Assembly (NCBI GenBank): GCA_004431415.1
Contig: QPMI01000099.1
Span: 1-64,000, forward strand
From: Cyanophora paradoxa CCMP329
Taxonomy: Eukaryota > Plantae > Glaucophyta
Length of the DNA: 64,000 nt
Direction: 5' to 3'
This document shows positions 12,001 to 23,841 of the stretch, piece after piece; the stretch's first letter is position 1, and each line of letters opens with the position of its first letter. Made by a program: the position numbers and the translations under genes. Below the pieces are notes generated by a model that worked only from the letters and a program-made list of their open reading frames with translations, was not told the origin of the DNA and did no database searches.

Positions 12001-15000
12001 TCCTCGTCGTATCGTCATCACGTCCTCGACGAGGCCCAAATCGCTCACAAATAATTGCATTAAACGAGTGCAGGCTCACGTCTGGTTTACGCCGAAGCCC
12101 CTCAACATCGTGAAGGTACGTTTGAAATTTCCAATAAATCGCACTTGAACTTCGCTCACGAGATTTCGCTGTCGTCGCGCAGGTCGGTCCCAAGGACGTG
12201 CTGGAGTCGCAGAAGGACTTGCCCGCGGGCAAGATCACGCTGCCCGACACTGCTCCTGACGCGGCGCTCATCTCGGGTCGGGTGCGTCGAAATGCCATAA
12301 GGCTCCGAGGTTGTCTTTTGATTATGCGGATGTTAGGCCGGCGGAGAGACTTTCCAGCTGGAGGGCAAGAGCTTCCCTACCGGCGTCCCGATCACCGTCA
12401 CGATTGTGAAGGACACGGGCAAGGTGGCCGCCATCGACCCGAAGATAGTGTCGTCTCGAGTCATCACGTTCCGTGCGCGCGCGCTTTGGTTGCGATCGTC
12501 CCCAGGCTCTAGCTGGAGGCCATTTGTTCACACTCGTTTTCCCGATCGCGTCGTTCAGGGGCGCCGCCGTTCCCCTCGGACAAGAGCCCGCCCTTCCAGA
12601 TCAATGTCCTGAACGACCTTCTCCTCGAGTCGACCTCGGGAGGCTTCGTGACGACGACGATCTTCAAGGTTCGTCGGATTCGACCCCGCGATCAATCTCT
12701 CTGTCGTATCCGCCACACGATGTAAACGCCATGCATGTGGTACGCAGGCGCACGTGTGGAAGGCTCTGCCTCGGCTCAACATTACGCGCGCTGCGAACAT
12801 GACCTACACTCGTGACGCGGAGCCGAGCGCTGACAAGATGACCGGATCGGTCGTCGCCAACGGGAAGAGGCAGATCGCACCGCACATGAGGACCGAGGCC
12901 ACCGACGACAAGATCACCGTTCAGCCCGCCTTCCTTTCCCGTCGCGTGAGCATCAAATTTGCACCCTTTTGTGTTCAGATGTTTGTGGTTCATCTTACGC
13001 TGTCTTTGCCAGGACGGCGGCGAGAGCTTCACGGTGTTCGGGTCAGACCTACCCGCGGGCAAGAACGTTCGCGTCACCCTCATCAAGGAGACGGACGGGA
13101 AAACTGGGCGTCTCGACGTCTTGGACCCGAAGATCAGCAGCAGCACGCAGATCACTTTCCGTGCGTTCTGTCAATGCGATCGACTCCGTTTTGGTCTGTC
13201 GTGATCATATGCGACGCGCGCATATACTTGTGCAGGCGCTCCTGCCTTCCCGGATGTCCAGAGCCCTCCTTTCTTGATGGACAAGTGGAATGATCTCCTC
13301 ATGTGCACTCTTTCTGTTAAAAGTTTCCTGCATGTGCTCGCTGACTCGGTCTTGGATCAGCTGGTCTGCTGATGGCGAGTTCGAAGCTTCCACACTGAAG
13401 AACGTGCGTCCTTGCTTAAATTTAGCTAATTCGCCGTATACTCAAATGGTCGCACGCGTGCAGGCGCACATGTGGAAGACCGACGTGCGCTCTAAGCTTT
13501 CTCGCAACACAGCGTTCTAAACGCACCTTAATTGTGGGTGTTCAGAAAATCACGAAGGGCATGAAATTCACGAGGATTGTTGGAAACAACGGTTCGGAAG
13601 TCATCAACGATACGGCCTCGGGCTCCACTCCGGTGCGTGCACTTATTTGAAGGCTTTAGCAAGTGAATATTGCAATGTGCCTCTTTTTACTTTTACTAAC
13701 ACGCGTACGGCACGCAGGTTTACAGGATCGTGTACAACCCTGACGGCTCGGCTGTAAGCGTCATCCCCCCCCCCCCCCCCCCCCCCCTCTTTCGTCCGCT
13801 CCGCGCCTCATTCTTATCTTTTCTTATCTTCCCCCCGCCCCCCCTTCGTCCTCCTCCCGCAGGATCTGTTCTTCCCGCGGCCGTTCCTCATCTCGCCCTT
13901 CGTCCGCCCTGCATCCGCGCTCGTCGCACAAATGTCTTCGTGTGTTATCTGACAGTGATTGTGATCGTAACTTGCAGGGCGGAGGCGACGTCTACACGAT
14001 CAACGGCGAGAACTTCCCCGTCGGCGAGCCCATCAACGTTGTGCGTAATTATTCGCAAACGTCGCTGTGGCCCACCCCTTTGATTCACGATGACGTGGGA
14101 CCGCAGAAAATCATCCGGGACGGACAGGAGATCGATGCGCTGAAGGCGGACTTTGTGACCAGTACCACGCTCGTCTTCAGTGAGTATCTTTGCGTCGTGT
14201 ATAATTTGTATCTTCGTGCGCCTTCCGTAACGGACGCTGATTGTGATGCAATAAACAGCGGCACCCACATTCCCCGGGCGCCGTCCCTTCCGCGGGCGGA
14301 AGCTTGTCCAGCAACTGCTGACCAACTTCGAGTGCGCGCCTTTACGAGAATCGTTCTGCTCGCTTTCGCGAGCCCTCTCGCGCAGGCTGAACAAGCCCAA
14401 CGACGTCCGCGTGACCTCCACCGCCGACCCGCCCGCGTTCGACCCTGTCACCTTCAAGGACGTGCGTGATATAAACACTGCGCATTAGCGTGATGCTCTT
14501 TCTCTTCTTATTGTTTGTTGTTCTTGCGCGTAGACTTTCGTGTGGCTCCCGATCAACCCGTCCTTCGTGAGCCCCAACATCCCCGTTTCCGGCCTCGACC
14601 CCAACAACGGCGGCTCGGGCGACCCCGACTCTGGGAAGCCGCGGAACGTGCGCTCTTTTCTCTAGATTTGCTCTTCTATGCTCGTCGTGTCTAGAATCCG
14701 GGTCTGACTTCGAATTCTCGCATTTTCGTCTCCAGCTTGGTGTTATCCTCGGCACCGTCATCCCCATCGGACTCGTGGCCCTCGCCGCTGCGGGCCTCGC
14801 GGTCGCCAAGGCGAACGGGGCGCTCTCCGGCCTCGGCGCCGGCCTCTTCGGCCCGTCGGCGGGGACGGCGTACACAACCACTGCCGCCCCCGCGGCCGGC
14901 GCGGGCGCCGGCGCCCAAGGCTACGCGGGCGCGCAGGGCGGCTACGGCGCCGCTACGGGCTACCCCGGCGCTGGCGCCGGAGCTGGGCCTGGGTACGGCG

Positions 15001-16838
15001 GCCCCGGGGCTGGTGCGGGCGGCGCAGGAGGCGCGGGCGGCGCGGGCGCTGGAGCTGGCGCCCCGGCCCCGAGCCCCCTCGCTCCCTCGAGCCTGCAGCT
15101 CAGCAGCGTGTCTGCCGCCGGCAGCGGCTCCGCGACCCTTTCCTGGAGCCCGCCCGCCGCCGGCGCCCCGGCGAGCTACCAGATCATGCAGAACGGCGTG
15201 GCCGTGGGATCCGTCCCTGGCTTCCAGGCATCGGCGCCCATCTCGGGCCTCGCGGCGAACAGCCCCGCCGTCCTGCAGGTCGTCCCCGTCGACGCCTCCG
15301 GCGTGGCCGGCCCGCCGTCGTACCCGATGTCCGCCGTTGTCGGCTCGCCCTCCGGTTTCGGCGGCGGCGCCCCCGTGCTCACTGCCGCTCCGGCGGCGGC
15401 CAACGGCTCGAGCGCCGTTCTGAACTGGACCGCCGCTTCTGCCGCCGCCGCTGCCGCTGGCTCTGGGTGCGCACAACGTCTTTCTCGGCACACCGCGACA
15501 GACAACAGTCTAGATATGCAGAGTATTTTCACGCTCTGACCTTCGCCCGCAGGTTCGCCGTCCTCGCGAACGGGCGCCAGATTGGCACGGCGCCGGCCTC
15601 GCCTTCGGGCGCCGGCTCGTTCGTGGCGAAGGGCCTCCCGACCAGCGGGCCGGTCGCCCTTTCCGTCGGGCCGCTCTCGCCCTCCGCTGCGGCTGCCGGC
15701 GCCGCGCCGTCGGTCGCCGCGCCTCTCGCGGTGTACGGCGCTTCTTCGGGCGCGGCCGGCGCCTCGGCGGCCGCCCTCGCCCCTAGCGGTCTCCAGCTGA
15801 CCAACGTCTCCTCGGGCATGTTCGGCGGCACGTCGGGCACGCTCTCGTGGAGCCGCCCGCAGGCGGGCGCCCCCGCCGCCTTCCAGGTCCTCAGGAACGG
15901 CCAGGTCTCGGCGTCGGTGCCGGGCGGCCAGACCTCCATCGACGTCTCCAGCCTGCCCAAGGACGGCACTGCCGTCTTCCAAGTGGCGCCCGTCGACGAG
16001 AACGGCGCCGTCGGCCCGGCCTCGCCGCCGCTTGCCGCCGGCATCCCGTCCTCCAGCGGCGGCGTCAACCTCGCCGTCACTTCGTCCGCCTCCGGCACCG
16101 AGGCCGCGCTCGCGTGGACCGCGGCCGCTTCGGCGTCCGTCGCCGGGTCCGCGATATATTCTCAGAATCTAATCTCCAGAAACTCGCCTTCTCGCCTGCT
16201 CGCCTCTCACCGAGAGCAACGCAGGTTCGCCGTGCTGGTCAACGGCAACAAGACCGCCACCGTGCCGGCCGGCTACGGCGGCTCGAACTACACCTTCGCC
16301 GCCCGCGGCCTCAACCCGAACGCCGCCTCCTACTTCAAGGTCGTCCCCGTCTCCGCCGACGGCGCGGTGGCCGGCGAGGCGAGCAAGGACGTCCCGGCCC
16401 TCCGCTACGGCGGCGGCGCCGGCGCGCGCGGCGACAGCGGCGCGCCCCGCAACCTGCGCGTGCGGGAGGGCCGCTCCGGCGAGCTCGCCCTGTCGTGGGA
16501 CCACCCCGAGACCTACAGGCGGACGCCCGTCGCCCAGTACGAGGCGAGCCGCCGTCTCCCGCCTCCTTCGCTGGAGTCTTTCGAATCGAGCGGCCGCTGA
16601 TTATAACGGTTCGCAGGTGTGGGCTGCTGTCGGGGCGTACTCGGCGCCCTCGGTCCTCCTCGCGACAGTCCCCGGGGACGCGCACTCGTACGCGCTGCCC
16701 GCGGGCGCGGTGGCCTCGGCCAGCGGCCTCATCGTCCGCGCCGTCTCGCGCGGCTCCGGCCTCTCCGCCGACAGCGCCCCGTTCCCGATCGGCCCGGCTC
16801 TCTCCGAAGCCTCTCTTGTGCACTCGGTGCAACTCTAA
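32..16838 (+). CDS. Giant multi-exon single-pass membrane protein, paralog 1 (5' partial): ~16 IPT/TIG-like repeats, TM helix, Gly-rich linker, ~5 FN3-like repeats; one exon interrupted by a retroposon
   Basis: Phase-consistent exons run from the window start (LVAVLRIDGTQSGGSFKFAITY...) through repeated cassettes: A (AHIWTSKVAITAVG...PALVSAK), B (PGGELFSITGVNFPVGKPIK...KTITF), C (TAAPEFP...QSPPFLLDILNDLLLES...TIKN). GG..F.I.G.NF ... IT...P resembles the IPT/TIG signature. The TM segment LGVILGTVIPIGLVALAAAGLAVA starts at 14736. FN3-like motifs include AP..L.....ATLSW.PP...Y.I..NG...GL....V.PV. The stop is TAA at 16836-16838 after ...HSVQL. Confidence 0.85.
4782..6948 (+). mobile_element. Non-autonomous non-LTR retroposon (SINE/SVA-like composite), ~2.17 kb, with poly(A) tail and 14-15 bp TSD
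   Basis: The direct repeat (a)tgtggactagcaag occurs at 4767/8-4781 and 6948/9-6962, with an A9 tail at 6940-6948 immediately before the second copy. Removing the insert restores the exon AHMWTSK|IAITAVG seen in sibling repeats. No RT or endonuclease ORF is present. Confidence 0.9.
5515..6210 (+). repeat. GC-rich minisatellite (VNTR) inside the retroposon, ~22-27 bp unit containing GCTCCAGCGCCCCGCCCCGCCC; degenerate C-rich tail to ~6740
   Basis: The ctccagcgcccc core recurs about 25-30 times, alternating ccggctcc and ccagctcc variants. Confidence 0.92.
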
Positions 16839-17240
16839 TTTAGCAGACTGTCCAACTCGCATACGGATACGTATACAGCGTAGTATTACATCTAGATCAC
16901 AATTTGTTATTGCGCGCATGCGCTTAAAACATGTCGCCTTCGAGGTTCCACTCGGTTAGGCTAGCGCAAGTATACGTTCACTCTGCTTTTACACTGTGAC
17001 TCTAGGGGAGATCCAGACGTCGACACTATTACTAGTACTGTCCCTCCTTTTTCGATACTTTTCGTATTCTATCAGGAGAAAATCTACGACCGCGAATGCT
17101 CGCATATTCGGCACTACATGTACAATTTGTCGGCGTTCATGACTCTCAGTGAGAGAACGCTCGAGCTGGCACATGTATGCAAATGTGTTGAATAAATGGC
17201 ATATCCTTAGACTGCAGTATTAGATGCACTTCTCTTAGGT
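11474..17240 (+). repeat. Unique portion of the left arm of a large inverted duplication (homologous to ~51980-57515, reverse complement)
   Basis: The divergent repeat units, TM exon, FN3 exons and 3' flank (ctgcagtattagatgcacttc at ~17212 vs reverse complement at ~51990) are collinear and highly similar in exons, more diverged in introns. Confidence 0.9.
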
Positions 17241-19219
17241 TGCGATCGATGACGCATACGTAACATACTGTATATCGTTTCTGTGCACTGATGTCGTCTG
17301 CGTGTGCAATTTCGATCCGTGTGCATGTCAGAGCGTGCGATTTAATGTCGATCCGCGACAATGAGTGTGCACGTGCATGTGCAATGCATTTCAAAAGTTT
17401 TAATTTGGAGTCCGCAACAACTCTTACATTTGCACCAGCTGCAGGTTACGTTATGTACGTATACCTTTCAAATTTGGTTGTTTGCAATTGCTAACTTAGT
17501 AAGCTGATCATGATCATGAAGTTCGCTTGCATGCCCCGCAACGAGAAAACCCCCCCTGACAGACGCTCGTTGAAACCTACGTAATACTCCGGGCGCCTGG
17601 GCAAGAATGAATATTAAACGTACGTACATAATATTCTGTGATCTTCGAAGGCTTGCGGAACATTACTAGTACTAATTATAAGTACTAGTTAATATTGAGA
17701 CAGGCCTATAGCTAGCTAGCTATAGGTGGCTTGCCCGGCTTGCACACATGCATTGAGACTAGCCACTGCATGGTAAGGTTTCCTTTTTTTTTTGCAAAAG
17801 TGGACGTCGCATTGATACACCACGGCACATGTAGCAATGTTCTACGTGACGCGCCCTTCCGACCGGTCATCTATCTAGCCGAAGATGCTAGCAATGTGCC
17901 GGCCATGGGTCGCTCAATATGGGAGGTTCGCCTGAGTGGGGGAGCCATGGTTTTCGGTGATAGCCGTAACCAGACCCGCGCGCCCACCCCTTGATCAACT
18001 CCTCCATCCCTCATGAGCCCTGGTGCATGGTAAGGTTTCCGGAATGCAAGGATAGATCTAGGATAGGATATATCTAGAAGCTTAAGGTCCAGCCAGATCG
18101 GATTGGATCGCTGAGTCGGGGTGGACCGTCGGACAGATCGAATCGAAGAGGGCGCGGCAAGGTGTGAATTCGAATCCCCCACGCATCGGGATCGCTCCGG
18201 CCCACGATCGCGAGCTCGAGCACCCCGCTCCTAGGCCTTGCCTGCATACGCTACAGTTCCTAGCCTAGTAGGCGCGCTCCTAGGCGCGGCAGTTCGTCTG
18301 CATACGCTATATCCGAAGTTCGCTGCCATGCGGCTCCCTCTTTCCCATCGCTCGCTCAATGCTCTAATTATAATACTATATAAACTACCGTACGGGATCC
18401 CCCGCTCTCGGAGAGGGGTCCCCTGGACCCCTCGAAGGTCCTGCGGCAGCGCCCCGAAGCTTAAGCTTCTTTGTATAATTGATTGTCTTAGGCTTCCTGC
18501 TGCCGGCGGGGCTGCCGTCCGCGCCCTTGCAATTGCTTTTAATTTGCCCCATTCTAGTTACACACTTCGAAAACGCACCATCAAAGAGTATCCAAAGACA
18601 TTAAGGAGAGCTCAACGAACGGCATGGTAACGAGCAATCGCAAGGACGTATGAAAGCGGAGTACACGATTACTTCTACTATGTATACGAAAATGACACGC
18701 ATGCATCGCTGAATGAAAAGCAAGCTTGGTATCAAGCGGCGTACTACGGTAGAGTCACGTAAGGAGCATCACGCGCGAATGAAGAAGAAACCCATACAAA
18801 CAGAGCAGCAATGCAGGAAACCCCCCCAAGCAAGTATATCGATATCAGTAAAATAGTGTACTAGCTACGGGTATGGATATCGATGCACGCAATGATCATG
18901 AGCATGCTGTCATAATAAGGAGGGAATGCAAGCCTAAGGGCCTCACGGTTGCGATCGGGCCGCGGCCAAGGCCCCCCGAATGAATGAAAAGTATCATACC
19001 ATACTAGCTATATATAGATATATGGGTACGGGTGCACGCAATGAACATGCTGTTTTGACAGGGCGGCGCCGTCGCGATCGCGATCGCGATCGCGGGCCGC
19101 AGGGGTAGGGGACACGAATGAAAAGTATCATGATCATAGTATGTGAGCTATGGGTATGGATGCACGCAATGAACATGTTGTTATATATGCATGATGTTAT
19201 CAGTGTGTGTATCAGCCCA

Positions 19220-21730
19220 TCAGCCCAGGGCGGCCCCGTCGCGGGCCGCAGGGGTAGGAGACCCTAAGCCCGAGCCCGACGCCTGCGCCAGGGCGTGTGC
19301 CCTCGCGTCGATGATGGGCACGCGGATGGAACCAGAGCCGGAGCGCGAGACCGGCGCCCGGCCGGCGGGGCTGCTGCCGTCCCCCGCAGAGACCGGGCCC
19401 GAGCCGGAGCGGGGCAGGACGAAGGGCGCGGCGGGGCTGCCGAGGCCGCTGCCGCCCGAGCCCTGCCGTGGGAGGCCGCCAAGGGGTACGGGCCGGCGGC
19501 CGGGGCCCCCGGCAAGGGGGCTGGACGGCTCGTACGCCGAGGAAGACGAGGGGGATACCGGGCCCACCGAGCCGGGGGATACCGGGCCTTCCAGGGCGAT
19601 CCCGCTGATGTCCAGGAGGCCGGGGCGCGAGGCGCCGGAACCCGTACCCGGACCGTTCCCGTGCGAGGACTGCGCTCTGTTTAGGGGGGCAGAGGAAGGG
19701 GGGGTACGTGCTCGGACCTGGCGGGGTAGGGGAATCTTCGGTGCGGTGCGGTTCAGGGGCTCCGAGCCGCGGCGGCCGCCGCCGGTGGGCGGGTGGGCGC
19801 CCTCGCCGCCCTTCGCGCCGATCAGCAGCAGAAATAGAGAGGCGCGGGGGGGGGGGGGGGGGGGGGGAGGAGGAGGAGGAGGGGGGGGGGGGGAAGCGGG
19901 TTAGAAGCATCCGGGCCCGTATTTAGATCCGGTTGAAAGCGCTAGACCAAAGATAGCTTCTAGCTTTGGGAGGTAAGATCCAGAGCCCCTAGTTTTCAGC
20001 AAGCTTCGACGAGGGCCACACCCATGGCTTCTAGCTATAGATTTGAGCCCCTAGGTCTCGGAAAGCGCTAGATCTAGATCAAATCTAGCTTCTTGCTTTG
20101 GGAGGTACGATCCAGATCCAGAGCCCCTAGTTTAATTTTCAGCCGGCACTGAAAGAGTACCCCCCGGACCTGGCCGTGACCCTCGTCGTCTTCGTCGTCG
20201 TCGTCGTCCCCGCCGCCGTTGTCCTCGTCGGAGGAGGGGAAGAAGTGGCGCCGCCCCGAGTCCCGCGACGACCGCCGGCTGCGTTGGAGTGCGCGCGCGA
20301 GAGAGCTTATAATTAGAAACCCCGAAACTTAAAGAGGGATAGCAGCTAGGCTGCGTGCCGCGCGGGGCCGGCAGTGATCGATGAAGTGGGCGAGATCTGC
20401 TATCTGCTATCTGCTATCTATCTGCTATCTGCCCTAGAGGCTTAGGAGCTCCATTTTCTTATCTTATTTCCTCGAATAGACTTCTAAGATCTCGAAGTTT
20501 AGGAGCGTGGAATTCGAAGCTACAAATCCAGAAGCTCAGAAGCTTCATCTTCTTAATACGCTTCCCAGCACCTGGAGGGCGAGGCGGCGGCCAGCTCCTC
20601 GCGCGCCGCCGCGATCTGATCCTGCAGCTTGCTGCCCCGCGCCGAGAGCTGCCGACCCCGCCCCGCCGCCCCGGCGTCAGGATCAGCGCTTCCTCTAGAT
20701 CTTGCGTGGTCTCCGGCTAAAGCAGTAAAGCAGCTCTCGTCTCTCGTGGGAGGAGTGAGGGAGGGAGGGGGAGGGGGGAGGGGGGGGAGGGAGGAGGGGG
20801 GGAGGAGGAAGGGGGAGAAGGCGGGAGAGGATGGAGGGGGGGAGCGGAGGCGGATCTCAAGCCGGACCCCTCCCCCGCCTCACCTCTTCCTACCCCCTCC
20901 CCCCCTTCCCCCCTCCTCCCCGCCCCGCGCCCCTCCCGTCAAGCCTCACCTGGACGCAGATGTTGGCGGTGAGGTCGCCCCAGTCCTTCACGTACTTCAC
21001 CTGAGCGCGGGCGGGCGTGTAAGCAAATGCATCTCACGCGGTTATATATAATGCCTCGAGCCGAGCTGTCTATCTATCTTTTTAAGCTCGAGCATCGTCT
21101 TCAGCTAAGCTAAGCTAAAGCCACGCTAAAGCTATCTTAAGCTCAAGCAACGGACCTTTGTAAGCATCTTGCGGGTCTCCTTGAGGCGGAGGCCGTCCTT
21201 CCAGAGGCGAGCGGCGAAGTCCGCGTCCGCCTCCCCGGGCGCCCCTTTGCCCCTGCGCGGTCGCCCCGGCCCGCCCGTCGGCCAACTGGAAACTAGAACT
21301 TAGATATAGACTAGATCTAAAGCGAGAGGACCGAACTGGGTCTAGCTTTAAATCAGCGCCTTTAGTTTGTCCTCTCGGGTCTAGCTAAACCCCCCCGAAA
21401 AGGCCTTATGATCAGGCGCCCCTTTGCCCCTGCGCAGTCGGCCCCACCCGTCGGCCCGTCGGCCGTCTGAAGCGAGGGGGCCAACTAGACACTAGGTCTA
21501 GAGCAAGCGGACCAATTAGACACTACGCGGTCGGCCTCGGCCCCCTTATGATCAGGCGGATCGAATTCGGATCTATCGGCCGCCGGTCTAAGCTAGATAT
21601 CTAGGGCGGCGGAAGGGGCCGCCAAGGCGGGGGTGCGTGTGAGTGATGTCAGCCGCGGTTCGGCCTCGGCCCAAACTTAAGGGGCCTAGCTATATATATA
21701 GAGGAGCGGCGAGCGGGGCGGAAGCGGACG

Positions 21731-21804
<74 letters not shown>

Positions 21805-23841
21805 GGGGGCTGGCCTCCTCGGCCTAAGGGACCTATAAAGCTAGAGCTAGATTCAGATCTAGCGCGGCGAAAGCTTCGGGGGCCGCCGGGGCCGGGGTAC
21901 GTGGTCGTTTGCGCACGGGGCGGCGAAGGCGGCGGCGGCGGCGGCGGCGCGGGGGCTGGCCTCCTCGGCCTGAGGGACCTATAAAGCTAGAGCTAGATTC
22001 AGATCTAGCGCGGCGAAAGCTTCGGGGGCCGCCGGGGCCGGGGTACGTGGTCGTTCGCGCACGGGGCGGCGAAGGCGGCGGCGGCGGCGGCGCGGCGCAG
22101 TGCTTGGCCTAAGCTTAAGGGGCCTAACGGGGTACGGCCTTAATAAGGGGAAAGCTCAACGGCCCTAAATCAACTATGACCGTCCCGGGCGGCTCAGGGG
22201 CTGGCGCACGCGGAGGAGGGGGGCTAAACTCTAAGCCCAAGGAACCTAAGAGCGGCAGCGCACGGGGCGGCGGCGGCAGCGGCGCGGGCGCAGGCGTCGT
22301 GTACGGCGGCCAGGAACTTGTCCGGGGCGATGTCCGTCGCCCCCTGCGGCTTCCCCACGTTCTGCGGGGCGAGGGCGGGCGGGCGGCTCTGGTTAGCTTT
22401 TTGACGGGGGCCGGCTGGGGCGTCGGCGGGGGGCGGGGGCGGGGCGGGGTAGAAAGGAGGCCGAAGGAGAAGAGGGGGGGAGGGGAGGAGGGGGGGGGCG
22501 GGAGAGGAGGGGGGGGGAAGCGGCGAAGGGGCGGGGGGCGGGGGAGGGGGTACGGACCTTGAAGAAAACCCAGTGGAACGGTGCGCCTGCACGCGGACGG
22601 GTCCGCAGAGCGGTGAGCGGAGCAGCGAGCTTCTGGGGGCGGGGGCGGGGCGCTGGAGGGGGGCGGGGGCCGGTTCGGGGGCCGGGTCCGAGCGAGCCTC
22701 GTCCGGGCAGGAGGGGGGAAGGGAGGGGAGGAGTCCGGGCAGGGCGGGGCGGAGCGGTGCGGAGCGGTGGGCTCGGGAGGCGCGGGCGGGCCGCCCCGAC
22801 CGCCGTGCCAGGGCGGGGCGGGGCGGGGCGGGGCGAGGAGAGTCTAGGTACCCCCCGGCTTCGAACTCGCACCTGGGAAGCGGCGGAGCTCCTTTTCGAA
22901 GACCTGCCCGTCCGAAGTTAGAAAGAGAACAGTTTAAAGAAGACGAAGAAGCAGAGCCTTGACAGCTTAAAAGATCCTTTAGAGTGAGCTTAAGATCCTT
23001 GAAACATTCATTCGGCACCTGCTCGTGGATGGAGCCGTCGGCGCTCGACGCGGCGATGAACACCGGTTTCCCGCCGCACGACTGATTCATGTGTGCGCGG
23101 TCGAGTCGTAAGGGATGGATCGGAGAGGCGGCGGCGCGAGGGGCGGGGCGGGGCGGGGCGGGGCGGGCGGGCCGGGCGCGCCTCGATGCGGAAGCAGAGG
23201 CGGTGGTAAAGCGCGCCCCACCCGCTGACCACATTCGCCGTGTACACAATGGCCCTGTGCAGGTGCTTTGCGCTGTACGCGTCCAGCTGGCGCCTGCGGA
23301 TCCCCGACCGGACCGGATCAATTCGGAGGAACACACGGCCGTCGGCGTCGGCGAGGCCGCGGCCGCGGCTCCGATCCGGCCGGACGCACCCGACCATTCG
23401 AATGCGATGTCCCTCGAACGCTCTGCGTGCAGGGGCGGTCAGATCGGTCGCGGGGCGCGGCGACTGCAACCGGATCGGAGCCTCCAGCGCCGGCGCCGAT
23501 CGAGGCCGGCCGCGAACACTCTGGCCGTACGCGCGTCCTATGCAGCGTGCGATCATACTGTGAGTACACGCACTTTCCTTCGTCCTTTAGCTTCTTGACG
23601 AGCTCTTGCTGCGGCCGTCGAAGCAAGGTCATAGGGGACAAGTGTATGGGCGCGGAGCTCTTCGAAACCTCTTGATTGCGGGCGGGCGCCCGACTCTCGG
23701 CGCAGCAAAGAGCGAAGAAGCGTACAAACGATCGAAGATCATCGAACGCACCGCCTTCGCGACTTCGTCCGCGGGCCGCGAGGGGTCGCTCTCGGTGCGC
23801 CGGAGCCTCCTGCAGCTGTTCGAAAAGTCGAGGGCGCTCAT
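19220..23841 (-). CDS. Multi-exon hypothetical protein (globular N-terminal part, then acidic and Ser/Pro/Gly-rich low-complexity C-terminus)
   Basis: Phase-compatible exons: MSALDFSNSC...EVAKA | QELVKKLKDEGK | AFEGHRIRMVG | RQLDAYSAKHLHRAIVYTANVVSGWGALYHRLCFRIE | SCGGKPVFIAASSADGSIHEQ | VFEKELRRFPG | APFHWVFFK | NVGKPQGATDIAPDKFLAAVHDAC... | GKGAPGEADADFAARLWKDGLRLKETRKMLTK | VKYVKDWGDLTANICVQ | DQIAAAREELAAASPS | ...SDEDNGGGDDDDDEDDEGHGQ | ... | SSHGNGPG...ARDGAALG*. Linkage across 21.3-22.3 kb is uncertain. Confidence 0.65.
21731..21802 (+). repeat. (GGC)~24 trinucleotide microsatellite
   Basis: Uninterrupted GGC run of about 72 nt. Confidence 0.95.
21801..22092 (+). repeat. Two-copy tandem duplication, 146 bp period
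   Basis: gcgcgggggctggcctcctcggcct...gcacggggcggcgaaggcggcggc starts at 21801 and at 21947. Confidence 0.9.

Noticed and set aside
17300-19200. Palindromes and short repeats (actagt...actagt, gcctatagctagctagctatagg, tgcatggtaaggtttcc x2) as an element
   Set aside because: No TIR/TSD pair or coding signal was found, and similar CTAG/TATA palindromic filler occurs throughout the window.
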